DNA of 64,000 nucleotides from Raillietiella orientalis (taxonomy: Eukaryota), in the NCBI GenBank assembly GCA_036172245.1, contig JAYWIR010000046.1, positions 868,001 to 932,000 on the forward strand. The letters are read 5' to 3'. A program made the translations under genes and the position numbers. Positions 38,820-51,500 of this stretch are shown here, one piece after another (position 1 is the stretch's first letter; every line of letters begins with the position of its first letter). Below the pieces are notes generated by a model. The model had not been told where the DNA came from. It ran no database searches and saw nothing but the letters and a program-made list of their open reading frames with translations.

Positions 38820-40925
38820 TCAGGGGATCCTGGTCAGAGTTCCGAAGCGGCCGGCAATCAGGGCGAGATCTGACTCAGCTTCATGCTCGTGGATTCGATC
38901 TCCCTTTCTATCCAATGCCTCATCCCTCCTCCAGTCGTACTGTCCGGATCGTACAGGAGGAAATGACGGTCCTTCAGCTTGTTCTGGAGCTCCTTCATGT
39001 GAGTCCTCAGCTTGCTGAGATGGTCGTACAGGAAGACGAAGTGGCACTTGACCACGAGCACGCGGCGGAGGAAGTCGACACCTGGTTCACTTGCTGAAGG
39101 GGAACGGCTGGCCGTTCCCGGAAAGAAGGGCCTTCCGCAGCTTCGCCTCTTCCTCCCCCTTCACCTAGAAGCCTCCGGCCTCACGTCTCTCAATAAGCGT
39201 CAAAGCGTCCTCCGTGACGGACACGTCCGAGCAGCGATCGCACCCCCAAGCAAAATAGGTTCCCCTTGTCCTGGGGCACCATATATCTCCCCCCTCCTCC
39301 CAATTAGCACATTGGGAACAGGATGGAGCACAGCACCCGAACTCGGCGGGGTCACGGCAGTTGCAGTCTCGAGGTTCCGCAGCTCCCGGAGGGGAAGAAA
39401 GAGAACAAAGCGCAAGGTAAGACTCTTCCTGGAAAAAACCTTGGGAGGCGCGCACCAGGATGCGTCGCTCCTGTCGAAGATCGCATAGTAGTTCAGGACA
39501 CAATCGCGTTCCAGGAGCGAAGTCTCGTGGCCAGCATGCAGAAGGTGCGCACCTCTCTGGCGAGCGGGTAGGAGACCTGGAAGCCTCGCAGGTCGACGAT
39601 GCCCCACCTCTTCGCTCAGCAGCCTTGGGCGCGACGGGCGCTTTCGGTCCCTTGTCCGCGCCGATCTGGGCTGCGCTCTCTTCCGGGAGTCGCTGGACTC
39701 TGGACCACAGCTCACACGGCGGGAAGTGGCAGAACTAGGCTTCCCGGATATTCCGACATCCAGACGACCCCTGGCGACCGGGTCGTCTGGATGCCCTCGA
39801 AAACCTGCCTCCCGCTCAGGTGGTGGGGGCCGACACGCCATTTTCCTAGCAGTAATGCTGGGAATCGCCTCTCGCCGTTGTCTGCGGATCGCCTGGGCTA
39901 CGCTACGACAGCAAGAGGCGGGACGTAGCCGCCACCCTGCGGTCCTTCGATCTTGTGCAGCAGCACACGATCGAAGGACCGCAGGGGATCAACGGATCTT
40001 GGGAGGATGGCTCTATGGAGATGCAGCATCTCGCAGTCCAGCTGAGTCGCTTACCTGCTTCAGTCAGCTGTTGCGGCCTCCTCCCGGGACGTGCGGTTCG
40101 ACGATGCGGTTCGAGTCGGCCACCTGACCCTTAGGTGGTCCGACTCCATCGACCTGATCGTCACCAGCCTGTTCGCTCCGAGTTGCACTCACGCACGGAC
40201 GGCAAGAAGAGCATTTTTACATGCCCTGAAGCGCTAATGGCTGGCTGAGGTGGGTGTGCGCAAAGCTCCTCTGGTGCCAGGTGAGCCGGACACAGAACGA
40301 GGCCTGGTCAACGAGGTGTGAGAGGTGATGCACACCCGCAACTTGTTGGCCGGGTATCCGGCAATAGCGACCAGCATAGACCATGTCTTCCTTGATAAGC
40401 ACCTGTGCTCCCATGTGGGCAGGCGCGGCAAGGTACCGTCGACGTTCCCGCCTCCGACGATTCCCGGATCGAACTCGAGATCCGTCCGCGCGACATGAGT
40501 CCCCCCTCGGATGCGTGGCATTTCCCAGGGGACTGGGTGAACCTTCCTAGAGCCGCGGAACACCTCCGCGCGTTCTTACGGGGTTGCCAGCATTGCTGCT
40601 GCTACACTGGGGCTTCCCGTGCAGGTTCCGCCGGCATCTGTGGACACGTGGGGGATGGGGGAGATGAACTCAAACTGTTCAAGCTGTGAGGAGTGGGAAT
40701 CCTTCCTGCACCTCCTAGTGGGCTATGTTGCCCTCCGACTCCTTTGGGGACGCTTTCCCGCGATCCTTGGAACCACCGGCGGCAACCCCAGAGGCGTTAT
40801 GAAGCACCTCTTCTTGCGCGACGCCCTCACACAGGCCACATCCCTAGCAGCACTTTGCTGCCTACACGGGATGGTGGCAGCATGGAGCAGCGCCAGAGGA
40901 CAGAACTACAGGGGCATCTATTTTT
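38820..40925 (+). mobile_element. Decayed L1/Tx1-type LINE fragment
   Basis: GC-rich block sharply distinct from its AT-rich flanks. LGFP RT-like remnant (~39735) and C-terminal knuckle CSSCEEWESFLHLL (~40676-40717). Confidence 0.55.
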
Positions 40926-43900
40926 AAATTCGCTGTGGTATTTAATTTTCAGTCTTGCAATTGGAGAACTGTAAAACACGTTATCAACTTGCAAAACGTC
41001 GTAATCCGTTCCGATGGTCGCGAGATTTCCTGTAGCTCCTACTACTAACAGTAACTGCACCAACAGCTTCTTGTGGCCTTCTTGGTTCACATATTCTTGC
41101 AGCAGTTCAAGGAAGAAACTACTTCATGCACCTGAAACAAATGTAGTATTTATCTCAGCAATTCTTAATCGTGATAAGTTTTATCTAATTGTTATATCGC
41201 GTATTTGAATGAAAGAGATATTACAAACTTATGCATGCTATTATTTAATTTCTTAGAGGTCAAATGATACTAATAACTTTTAATCAAGAAGCTTATGTTC
41301 TGGCATCTTACTTGACTGTTTTGACACTTGACCATCAAAAATTTTATTACTTTGATCAAGTTTTAAAGAATTAATGAGTAATTGATTTTTTTTTTCTTTT
41401 GGCTTACTGTTGTTCTTAACAGGTGCGCAAAATTGTGTAAAACTAGGTGCAGCTTGCTTGTACCTGCAAAGCTGTACTGTACTGTGGACGACTGATAATT
41501 TTGAAACTGTTGCAAAGTCCTCACAGATCGCATTCATTACCCATTACAAGATGTGCTGATGGATTTTATACTCTGAGAAGATTGTCACTCTTGCATATCT
41601 CGCTTAAAATGGCATACAAGGGTGTGTTTGTTCAATTATGGACGATGTGATTTCGTTTACTGCATTGATTGCGTGGATGCCATTGATGTTAGAAGTGGCC
41701 ATTATATCCGATGAAGGAAGGAGCTTAGGTAATGTTGCTCTTATTTCAGAATTTCTTCAAATGCTCAATGGAGTTCCTTGCGAAAATAACTTTGTTAAGC
41801 AGCTTGATCATTGCATGATCGAAATTTTCAGTGGCATGTGTTGGTCTTATTTCAGTAGATCTGCTTAATTAGCTGAATGTAGCTGGAGAGACTTTAGCTG
41901 AATCAAGAATTATTCCAGCTCAACCTAGAAGCTCTTCTCAGTACACTTGGCACGGAGTTTGAATTTCTGTCATTTTGGAACTTTCTAAGAAATTTTCATG
42001 TGTAAAATAGCAATACTTACTGATACTCTCGTATTAAAATATAGCTCTTCCTTGCTTGCTATCAGTGAACATTCTAGAATTCTTTTTTTCTGGATTCACA
42101 TTCTTTATCGCTGAGGACGTTGTAACTTGTTCGTGAGCAATCCAGATTTGCGAAATTCGGTTTGGATTTGCTTTTCTCGGCACAATTAGAGCATGATTGA
42201 GATGACAAAATATTGTCAGCACGCAAAAGGGCATAGAAACTGAAGAATTTTCAAAGTGGACCCTGCAAACTTATTTAAAAGGAAAACTCAAGAACTGAAT
42301 AAGTCGAATATGATTCCCTCAGAAAATACTTATCGGTCCAGATTGTGGAGATGGTCACAGAAAACCAACATTGGAATCCTGATTGCTATTACGGATCGTT
42401 CATTAATAAACTATTTGTGCATTATTATTTACTGTATTCGCCTAGTTATAGAGCACCATTTTATATTTTTGTTTTAGATTACCCTTCTCGTGGGTTTTCT
42501 TACTTTGACAATATGTACGAACAAATAAAGAAGGAAAACCTGCAGTTTCCTCATTCACTATGGACAGTGCTGGTAATAGGTCCTCATTGGTTGTTTCACT
42601 TGATTCTATGCATTTTGCGATGTGTACTACTGCGATATACCATCCTTTCTGCCTCTAAAGTGCTGGAAACTTAGCATGGACAATAGAAACCAATGAAAGT
42701 CAGATTTCAAGGATGGAGCTCTCAATTGTACAGATGATCCATCAATGATGCTTTTGCTTCATCATTGTAACAAGTTTGCAGTCCATGGAGCTCCAGTTGC
42801 GTATGTGTCCTTTAAACAGTCTTTCCATGGATTTGCTTGCAGCATGCCAAACATGAAGTCCTCCTATGTGATATCGGAATTACGAACAAATGATAGATTT
42901 CTTTGTTTAAAAGATGGAATCCGAATGTCTCCGAATGCGTTGACGAAAAGATTTTCCGTTTTTTAACTCGCATTCTCAGTTTTGATTCCCAAACAGCCCA
43001 GAACGAGTCTCTCCTTTTGCCCTTTGCCCTTTTTTTTGTTTTGCCACATTAGAAGATGATACCCTTCTTGTAACACCTTCCATTTTAGAAACAACAATGA
43101 TGAAGATTGATCATTTGCCAGGCTTGCGAACACAAATTGAACTCTCCCGATGAAGTGTGTACAGTGTAACACTGCAACTCAACTTACATCACAGTTCAAA
43201 AAAAAAGGAACTGTGATGCCGAAGATTCTTGAAAATTCTCTTGCATTTTTCAGGTGGCTTCTTTTACACGCTAAGAATTACCGATTGAATGCATTCTAAG
43301 GCTTACTGAAGCCAAGAGCGCATTCAGTTCGTAGATATTTAATTGAAACTACATCACCATGGATAATGTTTCACCACACGCAAATGCGATAAAACTTTTA
43401 GTTTGTTTTTTCTGAAGGTGTATGTTCATAAGAGAGTAATAGCACTTCTTACAACGGTGCAGGATTGAAAGCACTGCTTTGCTGATGTTGCTTCTTCAGA
43501 TATGAGCAGCTATTTCCATAGTGACTGCTGAAAGCATGTTGAGGTGAGAATCAATCCTCTGAAGAAAACATTGGTAATGTCGAATGCAGTCAGTAATCCG
43601 TCCCTGTTTAGGAAACTCTTTGATATTGAATTTCCTTGAAAGAGTACTATCCAGAGTTGCGAATCGTTTGGAAAACATTCCATAAAAACCTCTGGCAACG
43701 GGGGATCAGCGTTCCAAAGATTCATTTTCACCCTCATTTTTTGTATCCATCAGAAAATTCAAAAGGCCAAAGTAAAACATCCTTTAATCTCATCCCACAA
43801 AATCTTCAAAATTCGAGAGAGATTAACAAACAAACAAACGTTTACGGGAGTTAGGCACAGAATGGACAAATAAAAAGCACGATGCTCCAGAATTGCTCTC

Positions 43901-44379
43901 ACCCTTGGCTCCACCATCGCCAATGCTTATCATGCAAACGATACTTTATGAAGATATACCATTGATACCATCAGATTTAGCAAATAGAAGTATCTGAGAA
44001 GTATGACGAGTGATCTCGATGATCCAACTCACATCCATGGATCGATCGCTGGCAGTCGCTACGAAACTTGTAAGCTTTGTAATGCTACCATTTTCATCAC
44101 CAGAAAATTTTAGGGCTCATAAATGTAACTTACGTGTATTCATGATTTTGCAATTCAGCACAGAAAAGTGCGCAATTATATGCATAAGCCTTTAGCCACC
44201 GCTTTCACCAATAAATCTTATGCAGTCTTTAAAACTGCATTATCAGATTTCCCTTAGGACTCCTTATTCTCATGGGTTCCTACAAGTTTTGTTGTAAAAG
44301 TGCAGATTGCGCGGGAATGCTAAGCAAGCTCATAGAGGTTCACAAACACAAACGTATGAAACTTTCCTGATTATCGACG

Positions 44380-46070
44380 TGCAATATCTAGGTGTGGAAG
44401 CAGTTTTTTAAGAAGACCAGTTTATGCCCACAGCAAGAAAAAGCGGTTGCTCTGCAAATAGGAAGAGATGCCACCATTCGTAGCCCTTCTGGCAGACACA
44501 AGATTGGCTGGCCAGTCGCGCAGAATTGCATGCACTTTGACGCCAGACCAAGCAGCACGAATAGTACCCTGGCGATTACTACTTCGGACACAATTACAAA
44601 GATCGACATTTCCATTCCATTCCTTGCGTAACATTCAGCGATGCTGGAAACGTCGGAAAAACTGGCAGTTTGCGTGGAATGTCCAGGTAAAGCGAGAGTG
44701 CAAATGTAACACTCGCAGAGAAGGAACGAAGATTTCGGCTCGGAGCTTTCCCATTTCATTTCGATTTCTGAATCACATATTACGAGAATTTTCATTTCGA
44801 GAATGAGGAAACTGATGGGCTCGAGCTTTATGCACAACACAAAGGACAGATAGCAAAAGACAATTCTCAACATCATCTTTAAGCTCTTCGCGCCACATTT
44901 GCAGATCTTTCGTTTTGCGTACTTCAAAGAGTCCCTGATGGAAAATTTCGAAGTGACCGAAAGCGAATCTCTTGAGAATGAAATATGTTTCGAGACGGAC
45001 GTCAGGTAATTTCTTGTTGATGAGATGAGAAAGTTGTCGACTTCTTGCATAACTCCACTGCGAAGTGACGAAGAGCGTTAAGCAACGCTACCGTGGACTC
45101 GCATTGTCGACAAGCAAGAGTGAAGCTTCCATACGTAAATCAGCACTTCCAGCATATGTTTTTCTAAAAATGCTTTGGAGCGATATAATTGTCTGTTATT
45201 GTGTGAACATGCTAGTGCGGAAATACATAGCCATACATACGAACGATTCCTGCTTCGGTACTTCAAGGATTGCATGCTCTCGCCAGTGATTCGAAAAGAC
45301 ATGTTTAGCGTTTTCATACAGGTTTTCATTCAGTGCATGGTTTTGAAATTTCGTTTGAAATTCCGAAAGTTTCTGGTTCTCATGTCAATAGAGCATCCCA
45401 ACTCCCTACGACGGGAACCATCGATCGAGACTATCGAATAGGGAGAATTTCATTTTCCTCGCCCCCAAACTACTGGCGATTCCCGGCTACGTGAATCAAG
45501 ACGGTGACCTTTTCAGGGATTGTATCCGGAAGAACGCCCCATAGTAACTGTTCCGAGCTACTGTGCCAGTTCCCTTCAAGAAGAAGAAGAGGGATTCGAT
45601 TGAATGCTAGATAGCATTCTTTTCACAGCTTGAAGCTAATTTGCATCACTGGAGAGCAAGATTCGCTAACTGCACTTCCATCGTCCTACCTTTAGTCCGA
45701 CCGCTCATCTTCTCGAAAGGAATCCGGATTCCGTACACTCACAGATCTTCAACGGATTCGTGCCTTCTCTAGGAAATCATCGATAACATTTCCTCAGGAA
45801 TTCATCCTGCTTCCTCCGATTTGTCCTATACAGAGTACCAATTTGGCGTTACGAATCAATTTGTAAAATGTGAAAATGGAACTTATGGGAGATTGCCAAT
45901 TAGGAATGGGTGCAAACTCGTTTTCTATTTAGAAAACAATATATCACTTTTTACGTGGTCAGGTACACAGGGTTTCTAATTTTCTATTCCTTAGTGCCTT
46001 TATGCATTTGGATACGATGGTTTTCTTTGCTCTTAAAGCCAACGGAAACTAAATGTTTCTGGGGTCTCGT
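44380..46070 (+). repeat. Left arm of a 1691-bp near-perfect inverted repeat
   Basis: Position x pairs with 98310-x. All mirrored ORF translations are identical (e.g. 44388-45050 vs 53260-53922). Confidence 0.97.
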
Positions 46071-46200
46071 AGCATTCTACATTTAGCACTTGTCTGTGCT
46101 TCATTCTACATAACAACCCCTCTTTATGCATTCTTTTCTGATGAATTGTTCAGGAGGATGAAATGTGATGCTTTTAGGAACATTATTCGTGTTCTTATTA
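45830..46200 (+). pseudogene. Putative cifA 3' end / cifB 5' start remnant (diverged copy)
   Basis: VPIWRYES and YGRLPI..EW resemble the IEIWEFE / YG...KGW blocks at 57660-57770. MFLGSRSILH resembles KFLEVCTIFL at 58011. 46071-46190 is visibly homologous to the reverse complement of 52239-52100. Confidence 0.3.
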
Positions 46201-47187
46201 CTGAAGATACAAATTTAATTTGATGGAAAAGGGAAGATGCCAATCAGAATATTGAAAAATAAAAGGGAAAACCGGCAAAATGAAAGATTCCTTGGCTTCA
46301 CTGTCTCATCGTACTAGGTTCTTTTCTGAGATGCTGAAACACGTACGTGCTATGTCGTCACGTACTCTGTCCTCTCTCTTTTACCATTTTCATTTTTCTA
46401 TTGCAGAATCAGATGCTGCATTTAAATTGAAGAACAGCAGATGCTTGACTCTCATCTTGACCGTTTAACTCTTACGATCTTTGCAACATTTTGCGCAAGT
46501 TGTCTTGACACTTCTTGTCGAGGTATCTCAGTGTTTTGTTTGTTCGGATGCTAGGCTGATGCAGTTTTTGTTTGGTGAAAGTTTTTGGCAAGAGTGTTGT
46601 AGAAAGCAATGGTTAAAAAGTTAAGGTTGATTTCAGAGGTAAATTTATTGTTCGTCTCGAATCTACAGAAAAATAAATTAAAATAGAACAAGGGGAAAAA
46701 AAGGAAGCCGTTTACTTTATTTACAATAAGGAGGGTATTATTTACCGATATTCGATTTTTAATCATGCTGTTCGATTTGATGTATTGGAGAGTAAAGTGG
46801 ATGTGGTGTGCCAAGAAGTGGATGCAAAGTTTTGAACACGTAAAAAATGTGGATATGAGCTTTTTTCATAACTGGCCATGTTCGCAGCGTTTCTGAGCTT
46901 TGAAATTAGACTGGCAATGATCGTATTGCAGTGTAAATTTCCAAAAGGATCACAGTCATGAGGATTACATGATTTCTACATAAGTCTTGCATATTTTAGG
47001 GATGAAACAGTTATTAAGCAATCACATGTTATAAAGTCAGTTTCAGCCTGTTCTCGCAGAGTTTATAATTTCGCGCTTTCAAATTGTACCTATCCTGTAG
47101 AACACTGACTGTTTTAATGTTCAAACTCCATTCAGTATTCCATTTGAAATATATTGTACCATAAGTTTCGACTGTCTGGAACTGCTT

Positions 47188-48049
47188 ATGGATGATATTG
47201 ATGCAAGAACTGCTCGTTATTTACATGATGCAGTGTCATTATTGTTTGGAATACATACCAAGGTGACATCTAAGGTTTCTTCATCTGAAGGTTCCCCAAG
47301 AAACAGTGAAACTTGTGAAAATGAGAAGCTTGTGTATACTAAATGTTTGTCATTGGTATCCAGTTCATTATTGTAAGAGTGAAATTATGTTTATAATCTA
47401 AGTAAAAAGTGCTCTAGGGGAAGTCATCACTGCCAAAATATTGAAGGTAAAGCAGCATATAGATATGAAAAATTATCAGTAGCATGTAATTTCTGTTATT
47501 GTCCTTGGGCTTTCCAGCTTGTTGACCAGTTAGAAGGAAGCAATTCAACCAAAAAGAAGTCTAAGGCAAGTAGTATTCAGTACTTGCAAAGTACTCCTGG
47601 AATGTGCTTGTTTTTCACAGAAATTGAGGTGCAAAATTTGTGGGAAATTTAGCATGATACAAGCATATGCAAAAGATCCGATTATTAAAAGTATGAGGTA
47701 TTTTTGCAACTCTACAACATGTAATTTGGAAGATACTGATATGGTTGAGGAAGGGAAAAACAAAGTGCGGAGACGCCGTCTTCAGACACTATTATGGGAA
47801 AATAAGAATCTGAGCCCCAAAGGAAGTCAGGATGCCTGTTCTTCAGATTTTTCAGCATTGCGCCGCATTAAAAAGAAAAGCATGAAAAAACAGAGGAAAC
47901 CTGTTGACAAAACTGCTGGTCTGCTAGTCAGTCACTTGCCACTTGAAGTAATGAGAAACTTAACAGAAAAGCAACAGAAATCTTATGTCAAAAAAATTTT
48001 ACGTAAAGGAGATAGAAGTTCTCTGGCTAAATTTCTTTCTAGTTTATGA
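47188..48049 (+). CDS. C18orf21: C18orf21/RMP24-like (Rpp21-related zinc ribbon) RNase MRP subunit candidate, 253 aa, 3 exons
   Basis: Exons 47188-47372, 47418-47565 and 47621-48049 join in frame (762 nt). N-terminal RYLHDAVSLL helix, CNFC and CKIC zinc-binding pairs, basic tail, terminal LAKFLSSL as recalled for the C18orf21 family. Intron 2 is GC-AG. Confidence 0.65.
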
Positions 48050-49329
48050 ACTAACTGAATAAAGATATTTTTTCATTTGAGAAAAAGTTTGTTTTCCAGT
48101 TTGCAGTGTGGAATTGAAAGGTTTTATTTGCTGAGTTGTTCCTTGGTGTTTTAAAGTTTCCATTTAAAATCTGTTTTGCACAGAAGCAAGTTTGCTTTTG
48201 AGTAAAGTTAGCAAAGTTTTTTTTCTTACTCCTAAATTCAACCAACTTCTTTTTCCTCTAGAACCATGTGAACCATAGTAGCATGTTCAGTGTGTAGCCA
48301 AGGAAGTTTTTTTTCTACACAGAGTGCATGAGATTCTTTGTGTGTATTCTTCATTGTTTGCATTTCTATTATTTCATTATTGTATTGCAGTTGTGTTACG
48401 GAATTCCTTCCAAATTCATCATTTATAGACTTGCCTGCACATCTATCCCCTTTCTAGACTGAGCTTGCAATTCAACACCAGTGATTTTATTTTGCAAGTA
48501 ATGAAAAAGTATTCATGGAATTTATGAATTATGCTTCAATGGGAGAATTCATTTTCTGAATTTGAAGAGATGGAAATTTCCATGGAAGTCTCTGGAATTA
48601 TCAAACATGTTTTGAACAGAAGTTTATTACAAAGTCAAAAATGCATCAAACATCTAGGATTCAAATATTTATTGAAGAAATGTCTCTTGGTGGTTCAGCC
48701 CTTTCAGAAAATATAGAAAATTTGTTGGACACATCAAGTTTCTCAGCAGCTTTAGTGGATTATGCAAATTTAGATTTTGATTGCTTTTAAAAAATTGTGC
48801 AGAAAAACCTGTCAGTGGAAATCAATAATTAAAAATTCTGTGGTAGGTGTGTACCCTAACAAATTTAAGAAATACAAATTAGCAGCATCACTTAGGAGTA
48901 GTTTAGTAGGAGTGAGCGGTAGATCCAGTGACACAGTTCCTTAGCAATACATGAAGCTGGCAAGTAAAGCCATTTTATTGCATGCAGTTTGAAAACTTTT
49001 TGCTAACCAACATGCAGATTATATGAGAGTAGTAATTTATAAAAATCACAATGGCTTTTCTGGACATTTTTGTAGAGAAACAATAGATTTTCTACATGAC
49101 TGTAATTTGAGTGAAAAATCGATAGTACACTTCTCCCAGCACCTCCAGTTTTTATAGTGATACTGGAACTTAGAAAAACAGAAACTAGGATTCCAGCTAC
49201 CTGGATAACAGGAGGTATATACACTGAACTACTGAATCCAATATACAGAGGAGAAAGCAGACAAAATTCATTTACATTGGGACTTGAAAGCTAGCAAAAA
49301 ATTAACCCAGATGTTATTCACAATGTTTG

Positions 49330-50264
49330 AGGGCTTTTTGTGTAGTGTAGTCTGGAGGAAAAATTTGGACTTAACAAACTTGGTACTGTCGTAACTGCAG
49401 TATATGGAATATTTTCTGTATTATCAGGTCTTATTGCAAATCAACGAAATGGTTCTAATATTATCTGCCTATTCAAACTGGATGGATAGTCAGTTTTGGT
49501 TTCTCTCTCCCATAATTTCCATACTGCTTGCTCTAGTTATTGTTAGTAGAATTCAAAGGATAACCAGAATGTCTTCCACATTAGTACCTATTATGTCACC
49601 CATATATTTTTTTTACTTGTGTAATGATCTCTGCATTTAAATTCACAATGCATTTAAAATATTATTCTCCAATATAACAAGACTTCAGTGCTAATGATGG
49701 AGGTACGAAGAGCATTTGTTGCTGGGATTCAAAGGGCAATTTTTGCCAGTTAAGCTGGTGTTGGCTCTGCTCTTTTGTGCACAAAGCAGCTAAAGATGAG
49801 AGGCTGGTTAGAACTGGGTTAGTTGTGATGAAAGAGCCATGCATTGTTAAAATGTTAATTTGTTGTTTAACAGGAATAGCAATAGTAATAACAGGTGCAT
49901 ACCAGACTGGAGAAAAAATATTGATTACTTAAAAAGTGTTTGAACAGTTTCATCTTGGTTTTAGTATGCTTCCAAACAATTGTACCTTGTTCACGTTTTC
50001 TTTGGTAATTTCATTTGTGTACTGCTGTGAAATGGAATGGCTATATTTGTGTGGTACAAAAAACAGTGATATGCCACAGTAGTAATGATTGTGACGTTTT
50101 TCTCAGGTCTATCTATGGCTATAACAGTATTTGCCAATATCAGTGGAACGTTATTCCATTGTTTAGCTCTCATCAACATAACAGCACTTATACTCTTTAG
50201 TAATGAGATTAATGATGAAGTTTAGTGTTACCTAAAGAAATTGAGGAATAGAGAGATTAAATAG
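49330..50264 (+). pseudogene. Bacterial sodium:alanine/glycine symporter (AGCS family) pseudogene, Wolbachia-like
   Basis: LALVIVSRIQRITRMSSTLVPIM, AFVAGIQRAIFAS*AGVGSA, HKAAKDERLVRTGLVVMKEPCIVKMLICCLTGIAIVITGAY, and C-terminal YLKKLRNREIK*. Intronless, AT-rich, multiple stops and frameshifts. Confidence 0.9.
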
Positions 50265-50303
50265 GTTTTTAGAGCACACAGCTGTACAGAGAAACACAAA
50301 TAC

Positions 50304-50323
50304 TGTCATGCCAGTACATGACA
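50304..50323. repeat. Remnant of a Wolbachia-type intergenic palindromic repeat
   Basis: TGTCATGCCAGTACATGACA, 40 bp after the AGCS stop, resembles the recalled TGTCATYCCAGTGYGTGACA repeat. Confidence 0.5.
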
Positions 50324-50755
50324 TTTTTATCTTCCAAATAAGAGGTAGTGGAGCTAAAATATCTCACATGGGAGAGTGAATCTGATTAGACATTAATGCT
50401 AATTAGGCTGAATCCCACGTTGCTCCACTCCCATAAAGGTATAAGCAAGCAACCAACAACTGTATATTTAACCATAAAGAAGCTCCTTAAGGTAATTATT
50501 TCAATTCGCAGCACTTTTTAAATGCGATTTCTTAGAGAAACGCCTCTGCAGTTATAACCGAAAAATTTAGTGGTGCTCGTGTAAAAGCATGGCTTCGGAG
50601 ATAACGGTCGAATTATGAACCGCTTGTGGAATCAATTTGAGAATACCCCGTCTTGGATGTTGCTCTAATTAACGCTTGCGAGCTTAAGTGCTTCTTCGCT
50701 ATCAAGCACAGCAAGGAGATAGTCATACTCGAGTAAGCTAAATGGCGAGGATTAA

Positions 50756-51500
50756 ATGGCATCGATATCAAAATTATTGGATGAAAAAATGATTGAATGA
50801 GCGCAAGTGCTGAAGTAAGAAATAATGCATTGATGCAAAAAAAAAAAAAAAACTAAATGCTGTAAATGCAGCAAAAAATATATTCATTTTAAGAATCGCA
50901 CTGACTACATGGGTAAAGCACACAACATTTAGAAGAAAAAAAAAAGTGTTTGCCCCCCTTGACGTCATAGATAAACTAGATTGAATCATAGTCAACATGA
51001 AGAAGTTCAAGCATAAATACAAGAAAAGCCTGATATTGCTATTAAAGAAATGAGAATAATCAGGAAAAATATGGCATGAATATGAGCAAGTCTACGGTAA
51101 TCTGGAAAGAAAGAAGTTTTTATACATCACACCAAGACCAGCACGCAAAGCACGAGATAAAAGTAAACAAGAATATTTTTTTAAAAAACTCTCAATTAAA
51201 CTATGTATCCTGAAGAAGAGCTGTTTTCCTTCAATGGATCATGATTTGTCACATTTAAAAATTGGGCATAGGTGTTTACTTGTGTAAGTAGGTAGGGCAA
51301 TTTTCATCTCTGTATTGCGGCTAGTCCTACAAATGGAGAGTTTTAGCTTTTTGCACCAAATAATCGACACTGATTGTATGAATGTATCGCTTGAGCAAAT
51401 GTCGCAATATTCAGGAACACGAGAAGCTTTTCTTGTCATGGATTGCCCTAGCTGGCATAATTTGAAAAATTTTGAAGTACCTTCACGTATCAGGATATTA
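50756..51500 (+). mobile_element. IS630-family insertion sequence of Wolbachia type, decayed and 3'-truncated
   Basis: MASISKLLDEK, TRLNHSQHEEVQA*IQEKPDIAIKEMRI, YITPRP, ELFSFNGS*F (first DDE site decayed), DTDCMNVSLEQMSQYSGTREAFLVMDCPSWH. Ends before the LPPYSPELNP motif. Confidence 0.9.

Noticed and set aside
36000..44300. Named host genes in the AT-rich stretches 36.0-38.6 kb and 41.0-44.3 kb
   Set aside because: Exon-like pieces are visible (e.g. 38049-37867 minus, 42478-42572 plus), but I could not assemble an open spliced frame or recognise a family.
44388..45050. 220-aa ORF (and mirror 53260-53922) as a transposase or gene
   Set aside because: No recognisable motifs. Splice-like signals suggest the opposite strand holds decayed host exons.
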